A program made the translations under genes and the position numbers. The notes beneath the pieces are model-generated. The model was not told the DNA's origin, did no database searches, and was given only the letters and a program-made list of their open reading frames with translations. 64,000 bases of DNA from Paramoeba atlantica (lineage: Eukaryota; Protista; Discosea): contig CDRNVI010000012.1 of the NCBI GenBank assembly GCA_977017575.1, positions 496,001 through 560,000 on the forward strand. The letters run 5' to 3'. Positions 1-10,626 of this stretch are shown here, in pieces; position 1 is the stretch's first letter; every line of letters starts with the position of its first letter.

Positions 1-1296
1 ACGTACCAACGGCAGGCTTCGGGCTGTCTGTGGCAATCTCGAAACGTTACCCCTTTGGTTGGAAATCACATTGGCAGAGGAATGAGGGTTAGTGTACATC
101 ACACGATTGCCACCCTTTTCCCTCCACGGAGGCGAAGCTGTGGTCAAATTGTTGGAAATCGCAGTAGTGAGGGAAGGAATAGTGCGATGAGCGTAGGAGT
201 GCAACGCATTGCGCATGTTCTGTCGGTGCGTTTCGGCCAAATCATTCTGATGCTTCCGAGATGCAAAGTCATGTATACCCTCCTGTCTTTGTTGTGTGTA
301 CCACTCCTGGGCGGATCGAACGCCAGCGGTTGTGGAAAATTCGCCCGCGGGTAGAGATCTTGTGCTAGTCGACAGTGCAGGCGCCGGCGTACGCACAAAA
401 CCCGGTACCTGGAGACTGCTACTGGATGCTACAAGCGTGTTCGAGGATGGCTGAATAGTTGTAGAAAATGTCGGTCGACGCGTTTCGCGTGGTGGTGTGT
501 CTACCACTATGTGGGGTGCTCGCTGCGCCATAGGCCGGGTACTTCTTTGAGATTCCCTCGGATACTCGGTCCGGCGTGGCGTTTTGTCTCTCTCCGACAG
601 AAAACTACTGTGTGTGTAAGCTAACTCGAGCAGCGATAGTTCCTCTCTATCCTCCTCCCGTTCCCGTCGTGGACAGGTCGGCGGAGTTGTGTTCGGGGAA
701 TCAACCTCCACAAACGAGATCTCTCTCGGCGGCGTTGTGATCTCCACCTGCTCTCCACGACCCGGACTTCCTTCCCCCCTCGTTCTCTCCTCCCCCCTCC
801 CCCTCACCGGCGTCTCCTCCCCGATCAAACTACACATCCCACAGAACCACTCCCCCTCCGGCACCCTCAACAACACCGGACGCAAACAATCACAATGCGC
901 CGCCCCATCACACCCCTCCCGGGAACACAACAACAGCACCTCCTCCCGGTCCCCTTCTCTGCAAATGTCACACACAATCTCCTCTACCCCCTCCCCCTCC
1001 TCACTCTCCCCCTCCCCCCCCTCCCCCTCACTCCACGTGTAGGCCTCCTCGGGCCGCAGCACCTTCCGCCTCACCGTGGTCTGGGTGAGACAGCGGGGGG
1101 AGGGCTGGCCCTGGCGCACGTGGTGGAGGGACGCGATCTGTGCCCTGCACACGGGGCAGGTGCTCGCGGTGTGGGTGACCCAGTGCGTGATGCAGGGGAG
1201 GTGGAAGGTGTGGGGGCAGCAGGAGAGGGCGCAGAGGGCGAGCGGGGGGATGTCCCCGTCCGTGCCTGTGGGGTCGCAGATGACACAGGGGGGCAT
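1..1296 (-). CDS. RING-H2 + PHD finger protein (PHRF1-like architecture); 3' end runs off the window; absent from the ORF track
   Basis: ATG at 1296 after a pyrimidine-rich leader; I found no in-frame stop down to base 1. Translation gives MPPCVICD...CCPHTFHLPCITHW...TCPVCR (RING-H2), then CDICREGDREEVLLLCSREGCDGAAHCDCL...PEGEWFCGMC (C4HC3 PHD). Confidence 0.87.
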   Translation of the reverse strand, partial: MPPCVICDPTGTDGDIPPLALCALSCCPHTFHLPCITHWVTHTASTCPVCRAQIASLHHVRQGQPSPRCLTQTTVRRKVLRPEEAYTWSEGEGGEGESEEGEGVEEIVCDICREGDREEVLLLCSREGCDGAAHCDCLRPVLLRVPEGEWFCGMCSLIGEETPVRGRGEERTRGEGSPGRGEQVEITTPPREISFVEVDSPNTTPPTCPRREREEDREELSLLELAYTHSSFLSERDKTPRRTEYPRESQRSTRPMAQRAPHIVVDTPPRETRRPTFSTTIQPSSNTLVASSSSLQVPGFVRTPAPALSTSTRSLPAGEFSTTAGVRSAQEWYTQQRQEGIHDFASRKHQNDLAETHRQNMRNALHSYAHRTIPSLTTAISNNLTTASPPWREKGGNRVMYTNPHSSANVISNQRGNVSRLPQTARSLPLVR

Positions 1297-1935
1297 AGGG
1301 GGGGGGGTAGTGGGGTAGAAGGTGGGGTGGAGAAGGTGGTAAGGTGTAGATGGTGGGGTTACATGGGGGGGTAGGAGGGTGTAGGCGTGGGGTAGAAAGA
1401 GAGAAGAGTGTAGAAGGGGAAAGTGGAAAGGAAGGTAGAGGTTTTTTGGGGTGATTTCTGAAAGCTTAGGATATATAAATTGCGCTCTTCAACGGCCTTC
1501 GACACCCATCTTAGAAGTTCACGTTTCCATTTAAAAGCAGTCACCCGGATGACCATACACTGGGATGCTATACTAGACATTTCGACCCTCTGACATGGCT
1601 TAATCCAGAACATGAATTTCATCTTTGACATCTTTTGCTTAGCCGAAAAATAAGGGGCCAAACTGCTTAGCATTACCATTTTGCAGATGTTACTAACGCC
1701 GACCTTAGAGTAGGCAACCTAATCAAACGATAGAAATACCGTTTCTGTAAAAATTGATTTTATCAAGTTGGCAATTTTTTGGGGGGCAGTGAAAAAATTA
1801 GGAAACGAAAATTGATGAATTTTTAATCAGTAAAACCTTTTTATTATTTTACAATAAAAGTTTTACTCAGTTTTGCGAGCACTGTACACCCACTGTAGGT
1901 ACTGTATACCTAAAGTACGAAAAAATATTTAGTTT

Positions 1936-2089
1936 TACTTCCCCCCTGTTTAAGCGCACATGGTAAGTGAGCTTAAACGGGGGGTCTGAATCACTACGTA
2001 AAAACAATTTGGCGCCAGGTCTGCACCGCAACTCTACATGTACGCTTAAACGGGGGGTCTGACCGGGTACGCTTAAGGGGGGGACAGTA
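1936..2089. mobile_element. Non-autonomous TIR element (MITE), TA-CTGT..C-run..TTAA family (pogo/Tc2-like architecture)
   Basis: Eroded left end tactt-cccccctgtttaagcgcac, internal inverted copies gcttaaacggggggtctga (x2), right end cgcttaagggggggacag-ta. Near copy of 52663..52834. Confidence 0.65.
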
Positions 2090-2367
2090 TTATACATCCC
2101 TTGACAGAAGTGTGCTTCCCAAGCGAATTTTGATTCTTTTATCCGGTTTTGTTCATTTTTGTTATATTTTGCTGACCTCGTTCTGATATCGAAGTGACCC
2201 CCTAGTGTTGTATATAAGCAAACTATAGGACGGCATTGAACAAACCGAGGTGAACCGACATCGAACCTGGACGTGTTTATCTTTCATATTGAAAACTCTG
2301 TACATTGAGTTAGGCAAGAATTTAAGCAAAAACTGGCAAAAAAAATGCAAGAAAATGTGTAAAACGA

Positions 2368-3882
2368 TTAGGATTTGTGCAACCTTTTAGGCAAGTGACT
2401 AGACGCTTCGGACTTGGTATCCCTCGAGTTTGAAAGGTCCATAACATCTAATGGTATAGGCACGTACTCTTCCATGTGAGTCGTGACTTGCTTCTCTAAG
2501 TCAGAAACATTACAAGTCGTGAGCAATGTCTCCGCAGAAGGCACATTGAAAGGAAGGGAAGAAGTTCCTGGGCAAAATATTCCCTCCTTTGACGTTACTC
2601 CATAGAGCAACAATGAAGGCAAAGAGCTCGTCGGTGAGAGGTCTGCAGGAGGTAAGGCTACAGCCCATCGATGAGAACGTACTGCAGGTCCCTGTGGGGT
2701 GTGTGAAAGTTGCCCTTCAAGAAGCAGCGCACTACCCTGTCTTGCTAATAACTCTACAATACAACGAAATGTAACATAGTTGGAGCAAAAGAAACGAGCC
2801 TGTTTTCCCGCAAGCTGTTTTTCTGACATAGAGTTCTCGGATGACTTCACTCGAGAGGCCAAAGTAGACTCCGCACAGGGAATGAGATAAGAGGCCTCGC
2901 CACGCAGCCATGCAATGTTTATCGAGCACTGTAGCAGAACCGCAGTAACAACCCAAAGTGTGGGCCACGGAATAATATTATGCTCTGTTGAGTTAACACG
3001 TTGGCAGGGCACCGCATCAACGACGACACCAATGAGTGTGCGTTCTCTACCAGAATACTGTGCTCTGTGTAACTTTTGATCGAAAACAATTTCCACAGTT
3101 TGTGAATGATTTGGGGAAAAGGGTCCCGAAAATAAAAGACGGGAAACGGTTTCCGACACTCTACTTGGACAACAAAAATAACGCGATACGATAACTTGTT
3201 TAGAGTCGTTTTGAGAAGGGACCAAGTTGTGACTGAGCTTACGTTGGGAGCGGGAGAGTGGATCTTGATTGAACCCGGGAACGTGTATCCAGGATAGGTG
3301 TACTGCAGGGCGCTCGCTCTCCTGTTCGGAACAGTGCCATTCTTGTTGACTTTGAAACTCGACTAACAGAGAGCTGATATCGCATATCGAAAAAAGGACT
3401 ATATGGACCACGTAAGTCGAGTTATGTGATTGTAGAAAGCTGCTTCTCTTATCCGTACGGCAACGTTTACTGTTCTTGCGATGCGACAACAGTTCAGCGC
3501 TATCTCTTATACGGAGCGTGACTGCATTCTGCAAGGTGCAAAGAAAGAGATTCTCGCTTTTCGAAAAAAGTGCTTGCTTGGTTGAATAATTTGCATCGGG
3601 ATGTCTAGAACTTGAGGCGTTCGAAGATCCAAAACAGTAAAGCTGTACATACTGTGGTTTTCTAATTACATCCAGTAAATGGGTGTAGTGTACAACTTCG
3701 CTACGTTGATTTAAGAGCAAGGTAACCTGTGGATTAATTTTAAAGTTGGAAGATAGTCTGTCAGAACCTGTGGATTGATTTTCGCTCCTGAAGCTCACCG
3801 AATCGCAGATAATGGAGCATAATCTTTCTAAAAGTTCGGATTGCCCTGGAGGTATCCTGGTATCCAGTAGTATGTGCAACAT
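2368..3882 (-). CDS. Hypothetical protein (~504 aa; likely start MLHILL at 3882 rather than 4035)
   Basis: Long ORF co-oriented with neighbouring genes; upstream 51 codons look like AT-rich leader; no recognised domain. Confidence 0.62.
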   Translation of the reverse strand: MLHILLDTRIPPGQSELLERLCSIICDSVSFRSENQSTGSDRLSSNFKINPQVTLLLNQRSEVVHYTHLLDVIRKPQYVQLYCFGSSNASSSRHPDANYSTKQALFSKSENLFLCTLQNAVTLRIRDSAELLSHRKNSKRCRTDKRSSFLQSHNSTYVVHIVLFSICDISSLLVEFQSQQEWHCSEQESERPAVHLSWIHVPGFNQDPLSRSQRKLSHNLVPSQNDSKQVIVSRYFCCPSRVSETVSRLLFSGPFSPNHSQTVEIVFDQKLHRAQYSGRERTLIGVVVDAVPCQRVNSTEHNIIPWPTLWVVTAVLLQCSINIAWLRGEASYLIPCAESTLASRVKSSENSMSEKQLAGKQARFFCSNYVTFRCIVELLARQGSALLLEGQLSHTPQGPAVRSHRWAVALPPADLSPTSSLPSLLLYGVTSKEGIFCPGTSSLPFNVPSAETLLTTCNVSDLEKQVTTHMEEYVPIPLDVMDLSNSRDTKSEASSHLPKRLHKS

Positions 3883-4043
3883 GGTCCAGAAGAAAATAGA
3901 AGTAGCATTAAAGGAAAGTAAAACTAAAGGACACCGCTTCGTAAGTGCTTTCCGTATACAGTAAAATATTTTGTAATGTAAATAGGTACTCGGTAGTTTC
4001 TGAAACAATTTACACATACATACATGTATGTGCAATACAAATG

Positions 4044-4376
4044 CTATCTATTCAGATACGTTGATTCCATCGCTTTCTTCATCTTTTTCGCGAATGCATC
4101 AAGTGCGTCGTTTTGAAGCCGCATGCCTTTCTTGTAATCGTATTCAGCACTATTGTGATTCGGGGATGGGTCAGGCAGACTCTCTTTTCTACCCCCTTTC
4201 AGAGAACTCGAATGACAGAGAGCCTTTGCTATCCAGTCTCTTTGGTTCTTTCCGTGAGTGGAGGATCGAAGATGTAAATTGCCGGTTATATAGCGATCAC
4301 GTCGGTTTGGCGTCCAACGAGTTCCTCTGGGTTTCGTCAGAGATTGCCTTTTAGAAAAGGCGTTAACAGTACTCAT
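4044..4376 (-). CDS. Small hypothetical protein (110 aa)
   Basis: Co-oriented ORF filling the gap between two genes; no recognised motif. Confidence 0.33.
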   Translation of the reverse strand: MSTVNAFSKRQSLTKPRGTRWTPNRRDRYITGNLHLRSSTHGKNQRDWIAKALCHSSSLKGGRKESLPDPSPNHNSAEYDYKKGMRLQNDALDAFAKKMKKAMESTYLNR

Positions 4377-4613
4377 GGGACTCTCAGTAATGGGAATTAC
4401 GTATTGTCCGTGAAAAAGCTTGTAAGCCGTGCGAGCGAACTTTACTTTGGCTAGTAACGAAATTAAAGTTTGTAAATAATCAAGTCGATACCAAAATTAT
4501 TTACTCATGCTTTTTTATTTATCAGATATTTTTTATTTATTAGATATAGTGAAGCAACAAAATGTGCGTGAAATAGTGACGAACGCAAATTATGGTGTTA
4601 TCATAATTTTCTT

Positions 4614-5999
4614 TTAAGAATCTTGGCACCCAGCCCATCGTGCGATGTATTCTGGATTATATGTCTTGTGCACAATGGAAGGGTTACGTCGAATATATCT
4701 CGCCAGAGCTGAAAGATTCTGCCGAGTGTGGTGTGAACCCTCTTCAAGATATTTGTGCCAAGGTTGCGAAGAGTCTTCCCGCAATGCGTTGCTAACCTCC
4801 GGTGTATAATCGGTAGTTTGATAGGCATGTGATGGGAATTTCTCCAGTGGATTATTAAAAGAACTTCGATTCCTTGAAAAGCGGTGCTTCGTGCTTCTGA
4901 AGGAATAAATTGATGCTAAAAAAAGAATAACGGAGGAGCATGCCCATATATTTTTGTGGACAAGGCCCAAGAGCAACAACGCTTCGAAAAGGTATATTCC
5001 ACTATTGGCGCAAATAAGCAATGGCCTGTCAAGATGAAGATATTGGAGTAGTGCCGTTATGAACACGCCCCATGCGACTAACACGGGGTAAACCCATGGG
5101 CGTCCCATGATGTAAACGTATACAGTTTGCATGATGTTTTGAGTAAGAATACCTCCAATCAGATTCCATGCGCCGAAGGATAGTACGCTTGCAACTCCAA
5201 TTTTTCCAATGCTCGTGCGACATAAATCCGCGCTGGCCCAGTAAAGGACTAATGCTAAGAGCAAGAAGCTTCCCAATGTAGCGCACAATAGCCATTGCAC
5301 TAAACGAACTTTAATGATGAGCCGGGTTGCCGCAAGGACGAGTAAAAGCAGCACGCAGGAACAAAGAGTAGTCGTATCATAACTGCGGTAAACATAGATG
5401 CTAAGAGATACTGGGCCATCGGTCACGCAACCAGATTCTTTCCGGATCCTTAAACTCGCATTACTATCAATAATCCAAAGAGAGAGTATTGGAATGGATG
5501 CCACACAGGACGATATTTCACCTGAGGTTGAACACGTAGAAATTTCCTGAAGTTGTTCTGGGAAAATATATTTACTTAATGCTAACAAGTCAGACCATTG
5601 AGAACGAAGTTGGTCGCTAATATATAGACTCTTCAAGTTGGTTTCAAATTGTAGTTCGGACGATGAATAGGATATTGGCACGGCTGGTTTTGCTTCAACA
5701 CGCAAAGCAACATAAATGCTTGAAATAGGGGCCGAAAAATAGTCCCAGAACAAGGACGGTAATGAGGACCCATATTTTCGCTCGCGCTTCGTCGTCGATG
5801 AGTCCTGCAAAGTGATCCAACAAGTATCCTTTAGAGAACATTGTATGTAATCTCCTGCGTGTAAAGTTTGGAGATGCTCGCAAGGTAAAGACACTGAATA
5901 TCTTTCATCCTGCTCAGACTTCAGTTTAGTTCTCCGGGTCTCTTCGGTGGCATCGTAAAAACTTGCATGCGTCAGAACGAATGGCCAGATCCACCACAT
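4614..5999 (-). CDS. Multi-pass membrane protein, possibly NEMP/DUF2215-like
   Basis: N-terminal hydrophobic signal and about 5 hydrophobic segments. C-terminal YLEEGSHHTRQNLSALARY...NPEYIARW resembles the NEMP tail pattern Y..QG..ETRKAL.EL...P.RFA.F. CDS is solid; family is tentative. Confidence 0.7.
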   Translation of the reverse strand: MWWIWPFVLTHASFYDATEETRRTKLKSEQDERYSVSLPCEHLQTLHAGDYIQCSLKDTCWITLQDSSTTKRERKYGSSLPSLFWDYFSAPISSIYVALRVEAKPAVPISYSSSELQFETNLKSLYISDQLRSQWSDLLALSKYIFPEQLQEISTCSTSGEISSCVASIPILSLWIIDSNASLRIRKESGCVTDGPVSLSIYVYRSYDTTTLCSCVLLLLVLAATRLIIKVRLVQWLLCATLGSFLLLALVLYWASADLCRTSIGKIGVASVLSFGAWNLIGGILTQNIMQTVYVYIMGRPWVYPVLVAWGVFITALLQYLHLDRPLLICANSGIYLFEALLLLGLVHKNIWACSSVILFLASIYSFRSTKHRFSRNRSSFNNPLEKFPSHAYQTTDYTPEVSNALREDSSQPWHKYLEEGSHHTRQNLSALARYIRRNPSIVHKTYNPEYIARWAGCQDS

Positions 6000-6334
6000 G
6001 GTTCAAATAGTTGGTTCACATAATATGAAGAAATTTTAAAATAAGCGCAAAATTTTAGAATATATTTTTTTGTATCGCTCCTACGTGTCGTGGTCTTAAG
6101 GAGGCGGTCCGAATCCATCATATTTCTATTCCACCAAAATTCGTTAGAGTAATATTCTAGTCGTTTATATCATTTTACTTACTTAGTATGTCTAAGACTT
6201 GTTTATTTTAATTATGGGGTTGTCCTAATTTATGGTACCGCGCACTACTTTCGACATTTGATGTATTTTTCGGGATTCGACTGTCACGAACCTTAAAATG
6301 AGTCACGAGGCATGTTTTGCGGGTTTTCACGCAT

Positions 6335-7351
6335 TCACCTTTCCGAATCACCGCACATAATCCCGGGGCTCGATCGCAGATCCATAACAGGCACTTGAAT
6401 GCATTTACGGGTGCGAAAAATGTTGAGCGGGGAGCGTTGAAAGGTTGCACAAGCTTCCCAAGGTGCGTTCAAGTCCTTTAACAGCACATTCACACTCTGC
6501 GCATCCCATAAACCCGACAGTTGTATGGGACCCATTTCACAAACCTGTGTGTTTGACTGAGCCACTGTGACACGAGCCGTCGCACGAGGAGGACCGACGA
6601 CCTCCACAAAGGTACGTTTGTCCAACGAGGGCTGTGCCCGTAGATCTACCGACTCAGACCAATTTTGGTTCGCCCAGATGCACAACAGAGCGGATAAAAA
6701 AATTGTTTTAAAAGCAGGACGTACACGTGCAGTGCCAATGATAAGCCCAACCACGAAATTGGCCACCAGAACGTGCCAAAGATACATCTCTGAGAGAATT
6801 GAAATTCCCACGAAGAATATAATCGCGAGCACAATACTTACTACAAACGCAGCCACTACTGCAGCAGAAGCCATTTTTCCATCAGCCCCAATGAACCCTT
6901 TGTCATAAAGTTTTCTCTTTTCCACACGAGAGAGAATTTCATAACTGTCCTTTATGCGCTGAAACTCAGCCACCTCGCCTCCTTGATCGGGATGATACGT
7001 TTTAGACAATTCGTAAAAGCGACGCTTGACTTCGGAAGAAGACACAGATCTATCGAGTCCAAGTCGTTCATAAAGATTTTCGCTCCAAGGCTTTGGATCT
7101 TTTGTAGAGTTCTGGGTTGTGGATGTAGTGAAGTCTCTTCTACAAAGAATGAAAATAGTGGTGCTTTTACTAAAGGTAACATGAAGATAATTCCTCAACA
7201 CATCACTTCTTTCGCAATATGATGAGTTGATTTGACGAATTTCTCTATGCGCAAAAGGCCTCAGAATGGAATGGTATATTGGTACAGATAGCCTCCTGGA
7301 AAGTCCTTTGGACAATAGATTCCTAGTAACTGATAGTGCCTGCATATTCAT
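6335..7351 (-). CDS. DnaJ (J-domain) protein with a downstream TM region and a basic presequence-like N-terminus
   Basis: NLYERLGL...VKRRFYELSKTYHPDQGG...FQRIKDSYEILS...RKLYD with the HPD motif. Confidence 0.9.
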   Translation of the reverse strand: MNMQALSVTRNLLSKGLSRRLSVPIYHSILRPFAHREIRQINSSYCERSDVLRNYLHVTFSKSTTIFILCRRDFTTSTTQNSTKDPKPWSENLYERLGLDRSVSSSEVKRRFYELSKTYHPDQGGEVAEFQRIKDSYEILSRVEKRKLYDKGFIGADGKMASAAVVAAFVVSIVLAIIFFVGISILSEMYLWHVLVANFVVGLIIGTARVRPAFKTIFLSALLCIWANQNWSESVDLRAQPSLDKRTFVEVVGPPRATARVTVAQSNTQVCEMGPIQLSGLWDAQSVNVLLKDLNAPWEACATFQRSPLNIFRTRKCIQVPVMDLRSSPGIMCGDSER

Positions 7352-7610
7352 GGGATTAGGATGTTTTAAGAATATGGGACAAAATGAACATCATACAGAA
7401 ATTGGGGATTGTCTTAAACACTTCTTGAATAATGTAGCTAAAAGTGCTATGAAGGAAGGCATAAAGTTCGTGTCATAAAGCAAATATCCCCCTGCAAAGA
7501 AGATCTCCTCTATTAAAGAAACTTTTTGTACACCGGTCTCGTAAGAAAATTGCTCATTGAGCGAATCTTGATAATCTTATATTATCAAGATTATCAAAAC
7601 TTTGAGCGAA

Positions 7611-7750
7611 GTCCCCGTTTACGAGTAAAGCCCAACTGCGAGCGTAGCCCTGGGACAGAATTATATTTTTTGGGGACCCGCGCGCTGGAGCGCGCGGGTC
7701 GTGCACTGAGAACCTATGTCTGCACCTCCGCAGGATTGTGTATTTGTTTT
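7611..7750. repeat. Dispersed ~140-bp repeat, copy 1 (copy 2 at ~11860..11980)
   Basis: Both loci share aagcccaactg(c/t)gagcg(t/c)agcc..gggacagaattatattttt...ctgagaacctatg...gcaggattgtgtattt. Copy 1 has an 11-bp GC stem at 7675..7700. Confidence 0.7.
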
Positions 7751-8379
7751 CCTATATGTGTATACTGCGACACCTAGTCGACGTGTCTAGGCCAAATAGT
7801 GAGCCGAATGACCTAGTTGATCAATTCGCGAAAAAATTAGCTTCTTAGAACTCAAAAAAAATCACTCCACTAAAAAAATACTTTCTTTAGAACGAATTTT
7901 AGAAATGTGACGCTCATTTTTTTTGGAAAATATGCGACGCTCTTTGGAAAAAAAGCGCTCGTTGAAATTTCAACGAAATGTGGACACGTCATTGATAAAA
8001 AAACAACGAAGTGTCGCCACGTCGTTGAAATTTCATGATCATCAGGGAGTGATCTGATCAGGGAGCGTTGCGTAAGCCAAGGAACATTGCATAAGTGATA
8101 TGTTAGAAGTTGTGTCCAAGAGATCCTTCTTGGTTAGGAAGCCCAAGTGAATAGAAAGCCCAAGTGGATCCATCGAGCGCGCTATTAGCGGATTATCCTA
8201 TCCCCGAACGCTATTTTCCAAAATTGGAAAATTTACTGTATCCCTCCGGATACATACAAATCAAAAATGGTGTATAAAATATATTATGATATTAAAATCG
8301 TGAAGGAGGCACATCATGATTTGGGCGTGCATGTCCCGAAGCGGTGTGGGACATGTGCGTCTAGTTCAAGGGAATCCGA

Positions 8380-8782
8380 ATGCCACCTTTTTTTGCCACC
8401 CAGTACGTCGAGATTCTTGAAAAGAATCTTGCCCCCTCCATCGAAACTATGGGTCTAGACCCCCCAAAAGTCATCTTCCAACAAGATAATGACTCCAAGC
8501 GCACAAGCCATTGTGCGCAGCGTTACCTTCGGGGTGCCGGGATTGAAGTCATGCAGTGGCCCCCGTAATCCCCTGACTTAAATCAAAATGAAAATGTGTG
8601 GGAGGAACTCAAGCGACGCCTTGCAGCGCAAGATGATCCACCAAGCGGGGTCCGAGAGTTGTGGGAGGGTAAAGATGGAATGGGCGAACATACCACCCTC
8701 AATATACCAAGCCCAGGTGTAGAGTTTGCCTGCCCGTATGAAGGCAGTGCTGAAGGCTCGTGGGGGGAATACTGAATGCTAA
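8380..8782 (+). pseudogene. Tc1-family DD34E transposase, C-terminal remnant
   Basis: IFQQDNDSKRTS...MQWPP*SPDLNQNENVWEELKRRL, then after a frameshift EWANIP...*SLPARMKAVLKARGGNTEC*; 34 residues between the second D and the E. Confidence 0.85.
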
Positions 8783-9244
8783 TTTTACGGACATAAACTC
8801 TCTAAGGCGATTACGTTTCATCCATTTTTTGGGTCAAGATTTTCTCTATAAGAGGTAGCAAAAAAACCCCTCGAATGCTAAACTTTTTTACATTCATTAT
8901 TATTTCTTTGGTAGAACGAGCTGAGATAAACTATCTGTGAGTACTATTAGGTGACACTCATGCCTACACTACTAGCACACATTACCAGCGCAACCGTGAT
9001 ATTTAATCAATGGCTGTATACAAAAGCAAAAAATCGAAAGGTTTTTTTGCTGAAGATGAAAAATTATAACGCCTACCTCACGGTAGTTCGGGGTCATTCT
9101 AGGCGGATTTACGGTGCATGGTCTTGCTTTGGCAAGTAAAAAATGCAAGATAAAAATGAGCTCACAGTATTTTCGGTTTTCGTCCACTATTATAGTGATC
9201 TTTAAAGATGACCTTAAGGGATAAGATCAAAAACGATTCGATCC

Positions 9245-10198
9245 CTATTTGGCGGACCTGTTGCCAGGAACAGCAGTGCCTTGTAATTTACAATTTAACA
9301 TTGAGTATGGATCGGGTATCTTGTGTTTCATTTCAGTATCGTTGTTTCGTGAGCTTCGCGCTTGCAAGTTGTAAAACTCTACTTGCACCTTCGTGTCTAG
9401 GTCGGATTGCTTCTTATGTATTACCTGGCTTACATGTTGCATGACGTCTCCTCTCCAAGTGCGTGTGGAAGCTGGGCCTTGATCCTGCAATGGAATAACG
9501 CTGTCTTGAAGACACTTGATCAAATCAACGATTAACTTTGGAAACGAAATGCAGCTGTCACACAGAAACAAAAGGTGATGCACTGCGTCATTGTTAATGT
9601 TGGTGCGCAATAGCGTAGAAACTTGCTCAACGAGCATTGCCTCTATTTTGTATCGCATGAATCCGTCCTGTGAAGCAAGTTTATCTGGGGGAATTGGTGC
9701 ATTTTCTACAGCGTCAATAACTACGTCTGCCCAATCCCAAGATGCGGATAATCTCTCTCGAAGGATGTCCAAGCATTGGTAGGTCGCATCGGCTACAGTA
9801 AAAATTTTGTTCGACTCTTCCTCACTTTCATCAGCTTTTTCATTTCCTGTGTCAGGGAAACGTACATTCAGTAAACCAAAATTAGAATTCGGATCCGTAT
9901 GAGCCTGCAAGACTGCAAGGGCTATAGCAACACAGTGTAAATAAACCTCTTCACAAATTTCTGTAAGATCCAGTTCTTCGTTGAACTTCTGTAAAAATCG
10001 TGAAAGACGAAGCAGGGTATGATATCGAATAGGGGAATGGTTCAAAAAATTATCAACATCCCAATAGGCAAGGTGTCGAATACACTTCCTTAGTATATTC
10101 TTATCAATAGTGGTTTCCATAAGCATTTTTTTGTTTTCTTCGTTTTTTGGAGCGCAGAGATTCAAGCAACGGAGAACGTAGTTAATTTCAGCTTCCAT
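9245..10198 (-). CDS. Hypothetical helical protein (317 aa)
   Basis: Long co-oriented ORF with normal composition; no recognised domain. Confidence 0.72.
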   Translation of the reverse strand: MEAEINYVLRCLNLCAPKNEENKKMLMETTIDKNILRKCIRHLAYWDVDNFLNHSPIRYHTLLRLSRFLQKFNEELDLTEICEEVYLHCVAIALAVLQAHTDPNSNFGLLNVRFPDTGNEKADESEEESNKIFTVADATYQCLDILRERLSASWDWADVVIDAVENAPIPPDKLASQDGFMRYKIEAMLVEQVSTLLRTNINNDAVHHLLFLCDSCISFPKLIVDLIKCLQDSVIPLQDQGPASTRTWRGDVMQHVSQVIHKKQSDLDTKVQVEFYNLQARSSRNNDTEMKHKIPDPYSMLNCKLQGTAVPGNRSAK

Positions 10199-10626
10199 TC
10201 TGGACTTAAATTATTAATACTTTTCAACTCACACGTACATTGGATTGTCCAAATTCACTCTTACATAAATTGTTTAAAGTGCTTTATGTATTATAAATCT
10301 CCGGCCAAAATAAGGCACCGTCCTCTAAAATCCAAATGCTTCGCTTGTTTTATCTAATTTTTGTAGCATTTTATAGATCTCAACACAAAGAGTTTGCGCG
10401 TTAAGAAACGGAACAAGAAATCTCAAATGCATACGTTTGAAACGTCGGAACATTGCATTTTTAAGCCCTTAAAAATAAAAAAAAACGCCCTCGTAAACGA
10501 AAAACTCTTCTCCCCTCTGAGAAATTCAACTTTAGGGTATTAGGGGAAATTTAACTTTAGGGGTATTATTGCGGGGGTTGTTTACCACCTCTTCCTCTCT
10601 CTTCTTTATGGTATCTTAAAAACCTG

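Noticed and set aside
895-1374. Long plus-strand ORFs over GC islands (895..1374, 18447..19595, 45960..46604, 51366..52358, 54714..55484, 55855..56976)
   Set aside because: Antisense shadows of real minus-strand genes with recognisable domains; GC-rich codon usage suppresses stops on the opposite strand.
7959-7976. Perfect 18-bp palindrome tcgttgaaatttcaacga, and a 24-bp imperfect inverted repeat at ~60020..60134
   Set aside because: Isolated, AT-rich and within TE-debris regions; no further structure to support a separate feature.
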